Made by a program: the position numbers and the translations under genes | Notes under the pieces: model-generated | Database searches by the model: none | What the model was told of the DNA's origin: nothing | What the model saw: only the letters and a program-made list of their open reading frames with translations | NCBI GenBank assembly: GCA_902791165.1 | Contig: CADAVB010000008.1 | Coordinates: 12,512-76,511, forward strand | Source: an uncultured Bacteroidia bacterium | Lineage (GTDB): Bacteria; Bacteroidota; Bacteroidia; Bacteroidales; F082 | Length of the DNA: 64,000 nucleotides | Direction: 5' to 3' | Part shown: positions 51,436 to 64,000 of the stretch, piece after piece | Layout of the letters: each line of letters opens with the position of its first letter | Numbering within the stretch: position 1 is the stretch's first letter

Positions 51436-52634
51436 TAATACAACAGTCCAATCATCCAAAGCGGGAGTTTGTGGCCTCGGGGCGATTCGATGTCGTCGGC
51501 TAAGACGTAGGAATTGGGCTGGTCGGCAATTTGGTCGAAGGTCTTGTCTTCGCCGCCGACCTCAAAAATCCACTTGCCGTCCACCTTGAAGTCGCCGTGC
51601 TGCTTGCCATACTCGATGGTGTACTGGTAACTCAACTGATTGACAGCGAAGCACTCACGCGCCGTGCCAATCTTCACGGGCGTTGTGGCCAAGGCGTAAA
51701 GCAGGTTGGGGTTCTCAAGGAAAATCTTGTCGGGTTTTTGCATCTTTTTTACCGAAACAAGGTCGCTGTGAAGCAAATGAATCAGTTTCGCGTCGTCCAA
51801 ATGGCTTAGGTATTCGATGACGGTGTTCCGCTGCAACTCAATCATCGAAGCCATCTTCGAGATGTCGACATCGAAAGGAACCAATTGCGCCAGCACATTC
51901 AGCAACGCCTTGATTTTACGGCAGTTGCTCGGGCTGACCTTCCGAAGTTGGGGCAACTCCACATCGATGACATAGTTCGTTATCTGCTCGATAAGCGGGT
52001 AATAGTCGATGGGGTTTTTCAGATAGAAGGGATAATACCCGTATTTAAGATAGTCATGAAAATGCTGGAGCGGACGGCACGCCTTGTTCACCTCGGCGGC
52101 CACCGCCTTCGGGTCGGCAAGCAGGTGCTCCAAAGAATATGAGGGCAGATGAATGCCTTTGTAGAACTGAAGGTATTCCCTAAATGAGAGCCCGGGCATA
52201 TAATATCCACGGCAACGGCGCGAAAGGTCGGCGTCGCCGTCCATCAGTTTCAGCAGGGATGACCCGCTGAGAATTATCTGAAGGTTGGGGTAGATTTCGG
52301 CCACTTCCTTCACCTCGCGGCTCCAGTTCTCGTATTTGTGGGCTTCGTCCAAGACCAGCAACCTGCCGCCGCGCTTGTAGAACTTCTCGGCCACCTCCAA
52401 AATGGAGTGTTGGGTGAAATAGACGAAGTCCAAGGAGCAATACAGCACCTCCTCGCTCCCGATGCCATACTGCTGTATGATGTGTTGCCGCAGCAAGGTG
52501 GACTTGCCCACGCCTCTCGGCCCCCTGATGCAAAGCATGGGCGCGTCCCAGTTGACATGCCCCATGAAGTTTCTCACTATTTCCATGCCGGTGGCGTTGA
52601 GCATGGCATCCTGTTTCTCAAATAACAATTCCAT
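51435..52634 (-). CDS. AAA-family ATPase with DUF4143-type C-terminal domain
   Basis: Walker A GPRGVGKST, Walker B LLVLDEAHKY, and a C-terminal region typical of AAA_14/DUF4143 proteins. Confidence 0.8.
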   Translation of the reverse strand: MELLFEKQDAMLNATGMEIVRNFMGHVNWDAPMLCIRGPRGVGKSTLLRQHIIQQYGIGSEEVLYCSLDFVYFTQHSILEVAEKFYKRGGRLLVLDEAHKYENWSREVKEVAEIYPNLQIILSGSSLLKLMDGDADLSRRCRGYYMPGLSFREYLQFYKGIHLPSYSLEHLLADPKAVAAEVNKACRPLQHFHDYLKYGYYPFYLKNPIDYYPLIEQITNYVIDVELPQLRKVSPSNCRKIKALLNVLAQLVPFDVDISKMASMIELQRNTVIEYLSHLDDAKLIHLLHSDLVSVKKMQKPDKIFLENPNLLYALATTPVKIGTARECFAVNQLSYQYTIEYGKQHGDFKVDGKWIFEVGGEDKTFDQIADQPNSYVLADDIESPRGHKLPLWMIGLLY

Positions 52635-52649
52635 CGTTTTTCGGTTTTG

Positions 52650-52733
52650 TGCTTTTTGCAGAAAGCAAAATTTTGTATAATTTGCTTTTTATAGAAAGCA
52701 ATTTTAGTAGAAAAATGCTTTTTACAGAAAGCA
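52650..52733. repeat. Three copies of an 18-bp palindrome at exact 33-bp spacing (candidate operator array) upstream of the ATPase gene
   Basis: TGCTTTttgcagAAAGCA (52650), TGCTTTttatagAAAGCA (52683) and TGCTTTttacagAAAGCA (52716). Confidence 0.7.
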
Positions 52734-52771
52734 AAATTACACATTTTTTGAATATCTGACGCAAATTTTGC

Positions 52772-52812
52772 AAAAAAAAAGCCTCTACCGAGAATTTCGA
52801 TAGAGGCTTTTC
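52772..52812 (-). terminator. Rho-independent terminator of the DPP-IV gene
   Basis: GCCTCTA ccgagaatttcga TAGAGGC, with a 9-nt A-run on the plus strand that is a T-tract on the minus strand. Confidence 0.75.
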
Positions 52813-52824
52813 TTGCGCTAAAAC

Positions 52825-54978
52825 TTACAGATTATCCTTAAAATACTGCAAAATCTTAGAAACTAAATGCGCCCTGTCCATGCCGTAAACGTTGTGGTCG
52901 TGGCCGGGATAGACGAAATAGTCGAGTTGTTTGCCGTTGTGGATGCAATTCTCCATGAAGACGAGGCTGTGCTGCCAAAGCACGACGGGGTCGGTGGTGC
53001 AGTGGATGATTAAGAGCTTGCCTTCGAGTTTGTCGGTCTTGTTTTCGAGGCTGGTCAGCTCGTAGCCTTCGGGATTTTCTTCGGGCGTGTCCATATAGCG
53101 TTCGCCGTACATGATTTCGTAGTATTTCCAATCCATCACGGGACCTCCTGCCACGCTCACTTTGAACACATCAGGATGGTTGATTTTCAGCGAAGTGGAC
53201 ATAAAACCGCCATAGCTCCAGCCATCGCTGCCGATGCGGTCGGCATCAACGTAGGGCAAGGTTTTCAGCCATTCGATGCCTTTCATCTGGTCGCGCATTT
53301 CGAGTTGTCCGCATTGGCGGTGGATGCACTGCTCAAAGGCCTCGCCACGGTCGGCGGAGCCACGGTTGTCGAGGGTAAAGACAAGGAAGCCTTCCTGGGC
53401 CAAATAGTTCAAGTAAATATTGGCACCGGCCAACCAACTGTCGGTGATGAGTTGGGCATGAGGGCCGCCATAAACGTAAACCACAACGGGATATTTCTTG
53501 GAGGCGTCGAAGTTGTACGGCTTGATGAGGCGCGTGTAGAGCGTTTGCCCGTCGTCGGCCTTCAAGGTGCCGAGTTCGGTCGCGCCGAGATGGTAGTCCT
53601 TCAGCGGGTTTTCGGCTTGATGCAAGCGTCTGACAAACTTACCGTTGGCATCCATAATGTCCACGTTGAAAGGTACGTCGGTGCTGTTGTAGATGTCGAG
53701 GAAATACTTGCCGTTGGCGGAAGGCGTGATGTCGTGGGTGCCATGTTCCTTGGTGAGTTTCGTCACCTTGCCGCTACGGATGTCCATCGCGTAGCAGTGG
53801 CGTTCCAGCGGGCTGACCTCGGTGCTGCGATAATAGATTTGGCTACCGTCTTTCGAAAAGCCGTTGAAGTCGGTGATGACGAAGTCGCCTTTGGTCAATT
53901 GGCGCACCGTGCCCTTGCTGATAGTGTATAAGTAAAGGTGATAGTAGCCATCGCGCTGGGCCTTCCAAATGAACTGGTCGGGGTTGTCGGGCAGGAAATG
54001 GGCGGGACCTTGCGGCTCCACATATTGCTCGTCGCGGTCCTCGAAGATGGTCTGGATGAAATCGCCCGTGATGGCGTTGTACTCGTTGAATTTCAGGTGG
54101 TTCTGTTCGCGGTTGAGCACGCCAATATAGATGCGCTTGCTGTCGGGGTTCCAAGTGACGGCGGTGAGATATTGCTCGGCAGGTTCGCCCGTTTTCACGG
54201 TGATGTCTTTACCTGTGGCCATGTCGTAAACGTGGAGCTTTACCTCGTGGCTAGTCATGCCAGCCATGGGGTATTTGATGGGCTTGGCCGTGGCAACGCG
54301 CTCCGTAACATCCACCAAAGGATAGTCGGTCACCATGCGCTCGTCCATGTTGTAATAGGCGAGGAGTTTGCCGTTGGGCGACCAGAAAATGCCGCCGTCG
54401 ATGGCAAACTCGTTGCGGTGCACGCTCTGTCCGGCCACCACGCCTTCGGGGTTATTGGTGATTTGGGTTTGCTTGTCGCCTTTGGCTACATAAAGATTGT
54501 TGTCTATGGTGTAAGCCACATTCATGGTAGGTTTGCAAATGGTTTGGTTTTCAGTATTTTGCGGAATCGAAGCAAGGGTTTCTATGGTTTTTTTCTTGAT
54601 GTCCATCCGGTTGAGGCAGATGCCATCGCCGCCTATGGCGTAGAAATAGGCTTGGTAGGCATTAATCCAGGTCAGTTGTGGGATGCGCTTCAGGTCGTCC
54701 ATGCCATCGGCCTTGGTGTAGGCGTTCAGCTCATCGAGGGTGAGGAAAGAGGTTTCCTTTTTCGAGTCGGGACTCATCGTGACGATTTCGTTGCCTTTCA
54801 CCTTCATGAGGATGTCGGTGTCGCCGATCCATTTCAGCTGGATCGGGCGTTGGGCATAGATGCTGCGGTTGTTGTAGGAAGCGTCGGCGGGAGAGAACAG
54901 TTTCTTTTCCTGCGACAAAGCTGGCGTGGCGACAGCAAGCATTGCGGCCACCGACAAAAGGGTCAGAATCTTTTTCAT
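52825..54978 (-). CDS. Dipeptidyl-peptidase IV (S9B prolyl oligopeptidase family)
   Basis: Signal peptide MKKILTLLSVAAMLAVATPALSQ, a beta-propeller N-domain and the catalytic GWSYGGFMS motif. The internal ATG at 54978 is preferred. Confidence 0.9.
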   Translation of the reverse strand: MKKILTLLSVAAMLAVATPALSQEKKLFSPADASYNNRSIYAQRPIQLKWIGDTDILMKVKGNEIVTMSPDSKKETSFLTLDELNAYTKADGMDDLKRIPQLTWINAYQAYFYAIGGDGICLNRMDIKKKTIETLASIPQNTENQTICKPTMNVAYTIDNNLYVAKGDKQTQITNNPEGVVAGQSVHRNEFAIDGGIFWSPNGKLLAYYNMDERMVTDYPLVDVTERVATAKPIKYPMAGMTSHEVKLHVYDMATGKDITVKTGEPAEQYLTAVTWNPDSKRIYIGVLNREQNHLKFNEYNAITGDFIQTIFEDRDEQYVEPQGPAHFLPDNPDQFIWKAQRDGYYHLYLYTISKGTVRQLTKGDFVITDFNGFSKDGSQIYYRSTEVSPLERHCYAMDIRSGKVTKLTKEHGTHDITPSANGKYFLDIYNSTDVPFNVDIMDANGKFVRRLHQAENPLKDYHLGATELGTLKADDGQTLYTRLIKPYNFDASKKYPVVVYVYGGPHAQLITDSWLAGANIYLNYLAQEGFLVFTLDNRGSADRGEAFEQCIHRQCGQLEMRDQMKGIEWLKTLPYVDADRIGSDGWSYGGFMSTSLKINHPDVFKVSVAGGPVMDWKYYEIMYGERYMDTPEENPEGYELTSLENKTDKLEGKLLIIHCTTDPVVLWQHSLVFMENCIHNGKQLDYFVYPGHDHNVYGMDRAHLVSKILQYFKDNL

Positions 54979-55111
54979 TTTGGCAAGTGTTTTACATTTT
55001 GCGGCAAAATTAGTGTTTTTTCGCCGATTGTCGGTTTTTTTGGTTACTTTTGCCCCAATAATCAATCTGAACGTATTCGGAAATTAAAACAACCTTTTAA
55101 GAATCAAGAAA

Positions 55112-56086
55112 ATGAAAAAAATGTTCAAATTAGTTGTGGGTCTGTGTTCCTTTATGTTGATAACAGCCTGCGGAAATGCTTCGAATGAAGGTGTCAAAAA
55201 CCAAGTCCAAGAGCAGCCGAGCGAAATGGAAGACAGCAACAAAGTTGCCGAAAAGGCAACCAAATGTGATTATTTCTTGTTCAGCGAAACGCCAGCCATC
55301 CGTGCCGAAATCAAAGGCAACGATGTTATGTTGGAGTTTGACGAGAAAGAGCTCGGGCAGATTCGTTTGGGAGGCAGCGAGGGAAACTGTTTGTCCGAAA
55401 AGGTTGCCAAGGTTGAAAACCTCAAAGGCACGCCACAGAGCGTGTTCATCGGCGACATTGGAAACGACTTCAATCCCATCCTTTGTGTGTTGCTCGAGAA
55501 TGGAGACTTGCAAATCATGAGTCTTTTCGATTGCGTGCGCTATTGCGACTTTGAAGCCTCCGACGTGCTGCTTCATGGCATCTCGAACTTCAAGGAAGGC
55601 CCTGGCGGCTGCTATGAGGATGACGGCGAAACCCGTTGCGACTACGTAACCATCTATGCCATTTCGGGCGACAAGGAAACAGAAATCACGTTGGGCTTCG
55701 CTCCTGGCGGTTGCTTGCAATATGCCGAACCTATGGACAACGGCTCTGTGGGAATCTGCCAATTGAACCTCACCAGCGACTGGAAAATGAGCTATGTCTT
55801 GGGTTGGGAAGAGAGCGAAATCGACATGATGTTGCGGGGCAATTACTGGGCTATCCACGAAGACTTCGAAAAGATGGTGTTCCGCTATGGCTATGAGTTG
55901 AAGAAACAGATTGAATATGATTACGATACCGATGACGGAGAAGAGATCGTGACGGCAATATCGCAAAAAGGCGTATTTGAATTGCGCTATAGCGAAAGCC
56001 AAGGCTACCTCGTCACGCCCATCGAAGGTGTTGATTTTGCTGGGAAAGGCCTGAACGTTCCGGTCGAGTTTAAAACAGTATGGTGA
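55112..56086 (+). CDS. Hypothetical lipoprotein
   Basis: Lipobox LITAC after MKKMFKLVVGLCSFM. No recognised domain. Confidence 0.6.
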   Translation: MKKMFKLVVGLCSFMLITACGNASNEGVKNQVQEQPSEMEDSNKVAEKATKCDYFLFSETPAIRAEIKGNDVMLEFDEKELGQIRLGGSEGNCLSEKVAKVENLKGTPQSVFIGDIGNDFNPILCVLLENGDLQIMSLFDCVRYCDFEASDVLLHGISNFKEGPGGCYEDDGETRCDYVTIYAISGDKETEITLGFAPGGCLQYAEPMDNGSVGICQLNLTSDWKMSYVLGWEESEIDMMLRGNYWAIHEDFEKMVFRYGYELKKQIEYDYDTDDGEEIVTAISQKGVFELRYSESQGYLVTPIEGVDFAGKGLNVPVEFKTVW

Positions 56087-56111
56087 ATTTGGCAAAAACA
56101 AGGATACTCTC

Positions 56112-57386
56112 ATGGCAAAACCGCGTTTACTTCTTTTTTTGGCCCTCTTGCCCTGCATGGCTTGGGCGCAGTTCGACCGTCATTTCGCCGAGGCATCGCT
56201 CCGCGTGGACTATTGTCTGACGGGAAACCATAACACGACCGTTTGTTCGCTCAAGGAACTCATCCGCGAGCCTTACTGGAGCGGCTCCAAGACCAACCTC
56301 ATCGACACGCTCGAGTTCGGCAGCTACATCGTCAAGGTTTTTGAAGCCGGAACTGACAACCTGCTGTTTTCCAAGGGCTACCAAAACCTCTTTGGCGAAT
56401 GGCAAACCACCAACGAGGCCAAGAAAATCACCAAAAGCTTCGACGAGTCGGTCATCGTGCCCTTCCCGAAAGTGAAAATCGACATCGCCTTGTTCTACAA
56501 GACTTGGGACGGTGAGCTGAAGGAAGGAATGCGCATTGCGGTCAGCCCCGACGACTACTTCATCCGCGACTACGACAACCTCAACCTGCCCGTGTATGAC
56601 GCTTGGATTGGCAACAAGGACATCACCAAAGCCGTTGATATTGTGATACTTCCCGAAGGCTACACCCAAGCCGAAATGGGCAAGTTCGTCAAGGACTGCG
56701 ACTTCTTCGTGCAAAGCTTGTTCAGCTATGCGCCTTACGATCGCTACCGCGAGAGTTTCAACATCCGTGGCGTGATGGTGCCTTCCGAGGAATCGGGCTG
56801 CACCATGCCTGGCGACCATATCTATAAAAACACCGCCATGCGCTTTAGCTTCTGGACCTTCGACTCGGAACGCTATTGCATGAGCACCGACAACCGCGAC
56901 ATCCGCGACCTGGCCGGACAAGTGCCCTACGACCAAATCTATGTCCTTGTCAATACCGAGAAATACGGCGGCGGCGGCATCTACAACTTCTATTGCTCAA
57001 GCGCGAGCAGCAACGGATTCTCAAGCCAAGTCATCATCCACGAGTTTGGGCACGGATTCGCTGGCCTCGCCGACGAATACTACACCGACGAAACGGGCTA
57101 CGACCACATGTATAACCTCAACTTGGAACCCTGGGAACCCAACATCACCACAATGGTCGATTTCAGCAACAAATGGGGCGACATGCTCAGCAAGAGAACG
57201 CCCGTGCCCACGCCCCGCGAACCCAAGTACGAACAAACCATTGGCGTGTTTGAGGGCGGCGGCTACGAGGCGAAGGGTGTGTTCAGCCCCCACATGGACT
57301 GCCTGATGAAAACCTTCAAAGGCAACGAGTTCTGTCCCGTGTGCCAACGCGCCATTGAACGAATGATTCTTTATTATAGTGAGTAG
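56112..57386 (+). CDS. Peptidase M64 family (IgA-peptidase-like zinc metalloprotease)
   Basis: Signal peptide, HEFGHGFAGLADEY zinc motif, C-terminal CPVCQRAIE. Confidence 0.85.
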   Translation: MAKPRLLLFLALLPCMAWAQFDRHFAEASLRVDYCLTGNHNTTVCSLKELIREPYWSGSKTNLIDTLEFGSYIVKVFEAGTDNLLFSKGYQNLFGEWQTTNEAKKITKSFDESVIVPFPKVKIDIALFYKTWDGELKEGMRIAVSPDDYFIRDYDNLNLPVYDAWIGNKDITKAVDIVILPEGYTQAEMGKFVKDCDFFVQSLFSYAPYDRYRESFNIRGVMVPSEESGCTMPGDHIYKNTAMRFSFWTFDSERYCMSTDNRDIRDLAGQVPYDQIYVLVNTEKYGGGGIYNFYCSSASSNGFSSQVIIHEFGHGFAGLADEYYTDETGYDHMYNLNLEPWEPNITTMVDFSNKWGDMLSKRTPVPTPREPKYEQTIGVFEGGGYEAKGVFSPHMDCLMKTFKGNEFCPVCQRAIERMILYYSE

Positions 57387-57454
57387 TTAGGAGTGTGTAG
57401 TTAGGAGTATTTTCCACTCCACATTCATCACTCCCCACTCAAAACTGAAAAAAA

Positions 57455-57996
57455 ATGAACTACATCGACATCATCATAGCAATCATCCTTTTTCTTTTCG
57501 CTTTTAAAGGATTGCGCAAGGGCCTCATCATCGAGGTGGTTACTTTGGCGGCTTTTATTGTGGGCATCTATGGCGCCATGCACTTCTCTGACTTCACGGC
57601 GGCGCACCTGCAAGAGGTGATGGAAATCAACCCGAAATACCTCAACACGGTCGCTTTCGTGCTGACTTTCATTCTTTTGGTGATTGTCGTCAATCTGATT
57701 GGGCGGTGGGTGTCGAAGATCGTCAAGAACCTCAATCTCGGCTTTTTCGACCGTTTGGGCGGCTTCGTGTTTGGCGCGGCCAAGGGCGTTTTGCTTTGTA
57801 GCGTCATGCTGACCGTGCTCGTCAATCTGCAATGGGCGGGATTCGTGAAAGCGGAGGCCACCAAGGAATCGAAGCTGTTTCCCTATATTGAGCAAACTGT
57901 TCCCTATCTCTACCAAGGCTTCGATATGGTCAGGGACTTTGTGAAGGAAAATATTCCAGAAATTCCTGAAAAGCAGCAAGATACAACAATAAAACA

Positions 57997-58006
<10 letters not shown>
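57455..58006 (+). CDS. cvpA: CvpA-family membrane protein
   Basis: MNYIDIIIAIILFLFAFKGLRKGLI is the typical CvpA N-terminus, with four TM segments. Confidence 0.8.
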
Positions 58007-59613
<1,607 letters not shown>

Positions 59614-59622
59614 TCTAGTGTT

Positions 59623-61830
59623 ATGAAATGGCATTTTTTTGGCATATTATTTTTGGCTGGCTTGGTGGGCTGTCAGACGAAGGAGCAATCCCAACCATGG
59701 AACCTCATTGCCACTTCCCCCGCCCAAATCTGGGAGGAATGTTTCCCTTTGGGCAACGGACATCTCGGTATGATGCCGGATGGTGGCATTGACAAGGAAA
59801 CCATTGTGCTGAACGACATCACTTTATGGAGCGGCGCACCGAGCGACGACAGCAATCCCAAGGCTTTGGAATCATTGCCCGAAATCCAAAGGCTGTTGAA
59901 AGAAGGCAAGAACGACGAAGCCCAAAACCTGATGTATGAGACTTTTGTCTGCGGCGGTGCGGGTTCGGGCCACGGACAAGGCGCGAAGGTGCCGTTTGGC
60001 TGCTACCAGACTTTGGGCAATATGACGATTGCATACCATTATCCAAATGATGATTCAGTAACCAACTATAAACGAACACTTTGCCTTAACGATGCCATCC
60101 ACAGAGTTTCTTTTGAGAAAAGCGGGCAACATTATGAGCGCGAGGCTTTTCTTTCGCGTCGGGATGATGTTGCGGTTATCCGATTGTCAGGTGTTGCTTC
60201 GTTATCAATTGATTTATCCCGCCCCGAAAAAGCCGAAGTATTCACCGATGCAGACGGTATCGTTATGCGCGGCCAATTGGACAGCCAAGTCGATGGGGTG
60301 GAAGGAATGAAGTATTACGCTAAAGCACAGTCGGTTACAGATAATAATGAAACGATTATCTATTTTTGTGCTGCCACCGATTTTATGTGCGACAATCCCG
60401 AAATTTATGTCAACGAGCACCTTCAAAAGGCCATCGCAAAAGGTTTCGATGACGTGAAAAACGACCACTTGAAAGCTCACCACAAACTGTTTGACCGCGT
60501 GGAATTGCAGATTGGCGAACCAAAAGAAAAACAAGAACTTACCTTGGAAAACCATTGGAAAGATTTCCTCGTAAACGACGACCCGTGGCTGCCCGTGTGT
60601 TATTTCCACTTTGGCCGATACTTGCTCATCAGTTCCACGCAAGAAGATTTGCTGCCACCCAATCTGCAAGGGCTTTGGGCCAACACCATACAAACCCCGT
60701 GGAACGGCGACTACCACCTGAATATCAACGTGCAGATGAACCATTGGCCTTGCGAGGTCTGTAACCTCTCGGAACTGCACTTGCCACTAATTCGTTTCGC
60801 CGAAGGATTGATGCCATCGGGACGAAAGACGGCGCAGTCGTTCTACGGTGCTCGCGGCTGGACGGCGCATGTGGTGTGCAATCCGTGGGGCTTCACCGCG
60901 CCAGGCGAGCATCCCTCATGGGGCGCGACCAACACGGGCGGGGCTTGGTTGGCCCTGCACGCTTGGCAGCATTACGAGTTTACTCAAGATGTTGGTTTTC
61001 TGAGAGAAGTATATCCATTAATGAAAGAAGCCGCGCAGTTTTTCCTCGATGCGATGATAGAGGAACCCGAACACGGCTGGCTCGTCACTGCCCCGACCAC
61101 TTCGCCTGAAAATGCCTTTTGGCTCAACGACAGCACCGCCGTCAGTGTATGCATGGGCAGCACGATGGATGTGCAGATTGTCAGTGAGTTGTATGATGCT
61201 GTTTGTCAGTCGGCGAGCATTTTGGGCCTTGATGAGGCGTTTGCTGACAGTCTGAAATTCGCCAAGGCGAAATTTCCGCCCATGCAGGTCAGCGGGGAGG
61301 GTTATTTGCAGGAATGGCTGAAAGATTACAAGGAAGTGGAGCCGCAACACCGCCATGTGTCGCATTTGTTTGGGCTGTATCCCGGCACGATGCTCACCCC
61401 GACCAAAACGCCTTTATTAATGGAGGCCTGCCGTCAGACTTTGCTCCGTCGTGGTAACGAAGGCACGGGCTGGTCGCGGGCATGGAAAATCTGTTTCTGG
61501 GCGCGCCTCGGCGACGGCGATCATGCCTATCGACTTTTGAGAAACCTGCTCGAACCAGCCATTCGGCTCGACGGAAGCAATCATGCAGGCACTTATCCCA
61601 ACCTTTTCTGCGCCCATCCGCCCTTCCAAATCGACGGCAACTTCGGCGGCACGGCAGGCATTGCAGAGATGCTGTTGCAAAGCCATGATGGGAAAATTGA
61701 ATTGCTACCCGCTTTGCCTTCAGTGTGGAAGGACGGCCATTTCAAAGGACTTTGCGCCCGTGGCAATAAGGTGGTGGAATGTACTTGGAAGAATGGGAAA
61801 GTTAGGCATTATGTCATCACGGATCGATAA
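59623..61830 (+). CDS. Glycoside hydrolase family 95 (alpha-L-fucosidase-like)
   Basis: The signal/lipobox [32 protein letters not shown] and [16 protein letters not shown] are GH95 blocks. Confidence 0.8.
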   Translation: MKWHFFGILFLAGLVGCQTKEQSQPWNLIATSPAQIWEECFPLGNGHLGMMPDGGIDKETIVLNDITLWSGAPSDDSNPKALESLPEIQRLLKEGKNDEAQNLMYETFVCGGAGSGHGQGAKVPFGCYQTLGNMTIAYHYPNDDSVTNYKRTLCLNDAIHRVSFEKSGQHYEREAFLSRRDDVAVIRLSGVASLSIDLSRPEKAEVFTDADGIVMRGQLDSQVDGVEGMKYYAKAQSVTDNNETIIYFCAATDFMCDNPEIYVNEHLQKAIAKGFDDVKNDHLKAHHKLFDRVELQIGEPKEKQELTLENHWKDFLVNDDPWLPVCYFHFGRYLLISSTQEDLLPPNLQGLWANTIQTPWNGDYHLNINVQMNHWPCEVCNLSELHLPLIRFAEGLMPSGRKTAQSFYGARGWTAHVVCNPWGFTAPGEHPSWGATNTGGAWLALHAWQHYEFTQDVGFLREVYPLMKEAAQFFLDAMIEEPEHGWLVTAPTTSPENAFWLNDSTAVSVCMGSTMDVQIVSELYDAVCQSASILGLDEAFADSLKFAKAKFPPMQVSGEGYLQEWLKDYKEVEPQHRHVSHLFGLYPGTMLTPTKTPLLMEACRQTLLRRGNEGTGWSRAWKICFWARLGDGDHAYRLLRNLLEPAIRLDGSNHAGTYPNLFCAHPPFQIDGNFGGTAGIAEMLLQSHDGKIELLPALPSVWKDGHFKGLCARGNKVVECTWKNGKVRHYVITDR

Positions 61831-62002
61831 TTTGGGGACAAAATGCCACTTTGTCACCCCAACTGACAAAACCCTGCCATTTTCCACTTTGGCACGATAT
61901 ATGACAAGCCGATGCAGCCCCATAGGGGCGTAGGATGATAAGCAGGCGGTGATAACCCCTGCGTTAAACATGACAAACATCAACAACTAAACAACAAATA
62001 AA

Positions 62003-62281
62003 ATGGCAAAATTAGCAATCAAACCTTTGGCAGACCGCGTGGTCATTGAGCCCGCCGCCGCCGAACAGAAAACAGCAAGCGGTATCATCATCCCCGACAC
62101 CGCCAAAGAGAAACCCCAACAAGGTAAAGTCGTAGCCGTAGGTCCCGGCACCAAAGACAACGCCATGACCCTGAAGGTCGGCGACAATGTTATTTATGGC
62201 AAATACGCCGGCACCGAGTTCCATCTCGACGGCAAGGATTATATGATTATGCGTGAAAACGATGTAATCGCAATCATTTGA
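62003..62281 (+). CDS. groES: Co-chaperonin GroES
   Basis: [44 protein letters not shown]. Confidence 0.95.
   Translation: MAKLAIKPLADRVVIEPAAAEQKTASGIIIPDTAKEKPQQGKVVAVGPGTKDNAMTLKVGDNVIYGKYAGTEFHLDGKDYMIMRENDVIAII

Positions 62282-64000
<1,719 letters not shown>

Noticed and set aside
52650-52733. Possible CRISPR array because of regular 33-bp periodicity
   Set aside because: There are only three units, the repeats are short palindromic boxes with AT-rich 15-bp 'spacers' that resemble each other, and no cas genes are present. This fits an operator array rather than CRISPR.

Overview
The window looks like a Bacteroidales (Prevotellaceae-like) chromosome segment: TAnnTTTG -7 promoter boxes, a T9SS-sorted protein, and GH95, DPP-IV and M64 genes. 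About 1-39.4 kb is one long plus-strand capsular/O-antigen-type polysaccharide locus. It contains fnlA-fnlB-fnlC (UDP-L-FucNAc), a TagD-like cytidylyltransferase, Wzx, Wzy, glycosyltransferases, LicD and a PglC/WcfS-like initiating transferase. A DegT/WcfR-like aminotransferase is also present. The locus is unusually rich in amide-bond chemistry. It has three CapA(PGA_cap)-family genes interleaved with four paralogous 'sugar-transfer-associated' ATP-grasp ligases, and a fifth such ligase lies downstream. It also has two further ATP-grasp enzymes, a YdjC-type deacetylase, a GNAT, a lysine-ketoglutarate-reductase-like dehydrogenase and a secreted GATase1-like lipoprotein. A seven-gene organic-acid module is wedged between the initiating transferase and the aminotransferase. 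It encodes a CitE/HpcH-like lyase, an aldo-keto reductase, a PrpD-family protein, a phosphonopyruvate-decarboxylase-like ThDP enzyme, a split Fe-S hydro-lyase and one orphan. Three small accessory cassettes sit inside the locus, each flanked by a duplicated piece of the neighbouring sequence, and none has an integrase or transposase. They are a GxxExxY gene, a three-gene ABC-ATPase cassette that I consider the best candidate for an undescribed defence-type system, and a DUF3791-DUF3990-DUF3791 trio. Downstream are a hydrogenase-maturation pair with hydG disrupted, then a candidate structured small RNA followed by a Type III R-M system and a degenerate Fic/Doc protein. Next come a frameshifted TPR regulator, a frameshifted repeat-rich T9SS protein and a DUF4143-type AAA ATPase with a 3 x 33-bp palindrome array upstream. 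The window ends with housekeeping genes (DPP-IV, M64 peptidase, CvpA, YfcC, GH95) and groES-groEL, the latter cut by the window edge. I saw no rRNA, tRNA, CRISPR array, integrase or transposase. All family assignments come from reading the translations and recognising motifs; no database search was run.
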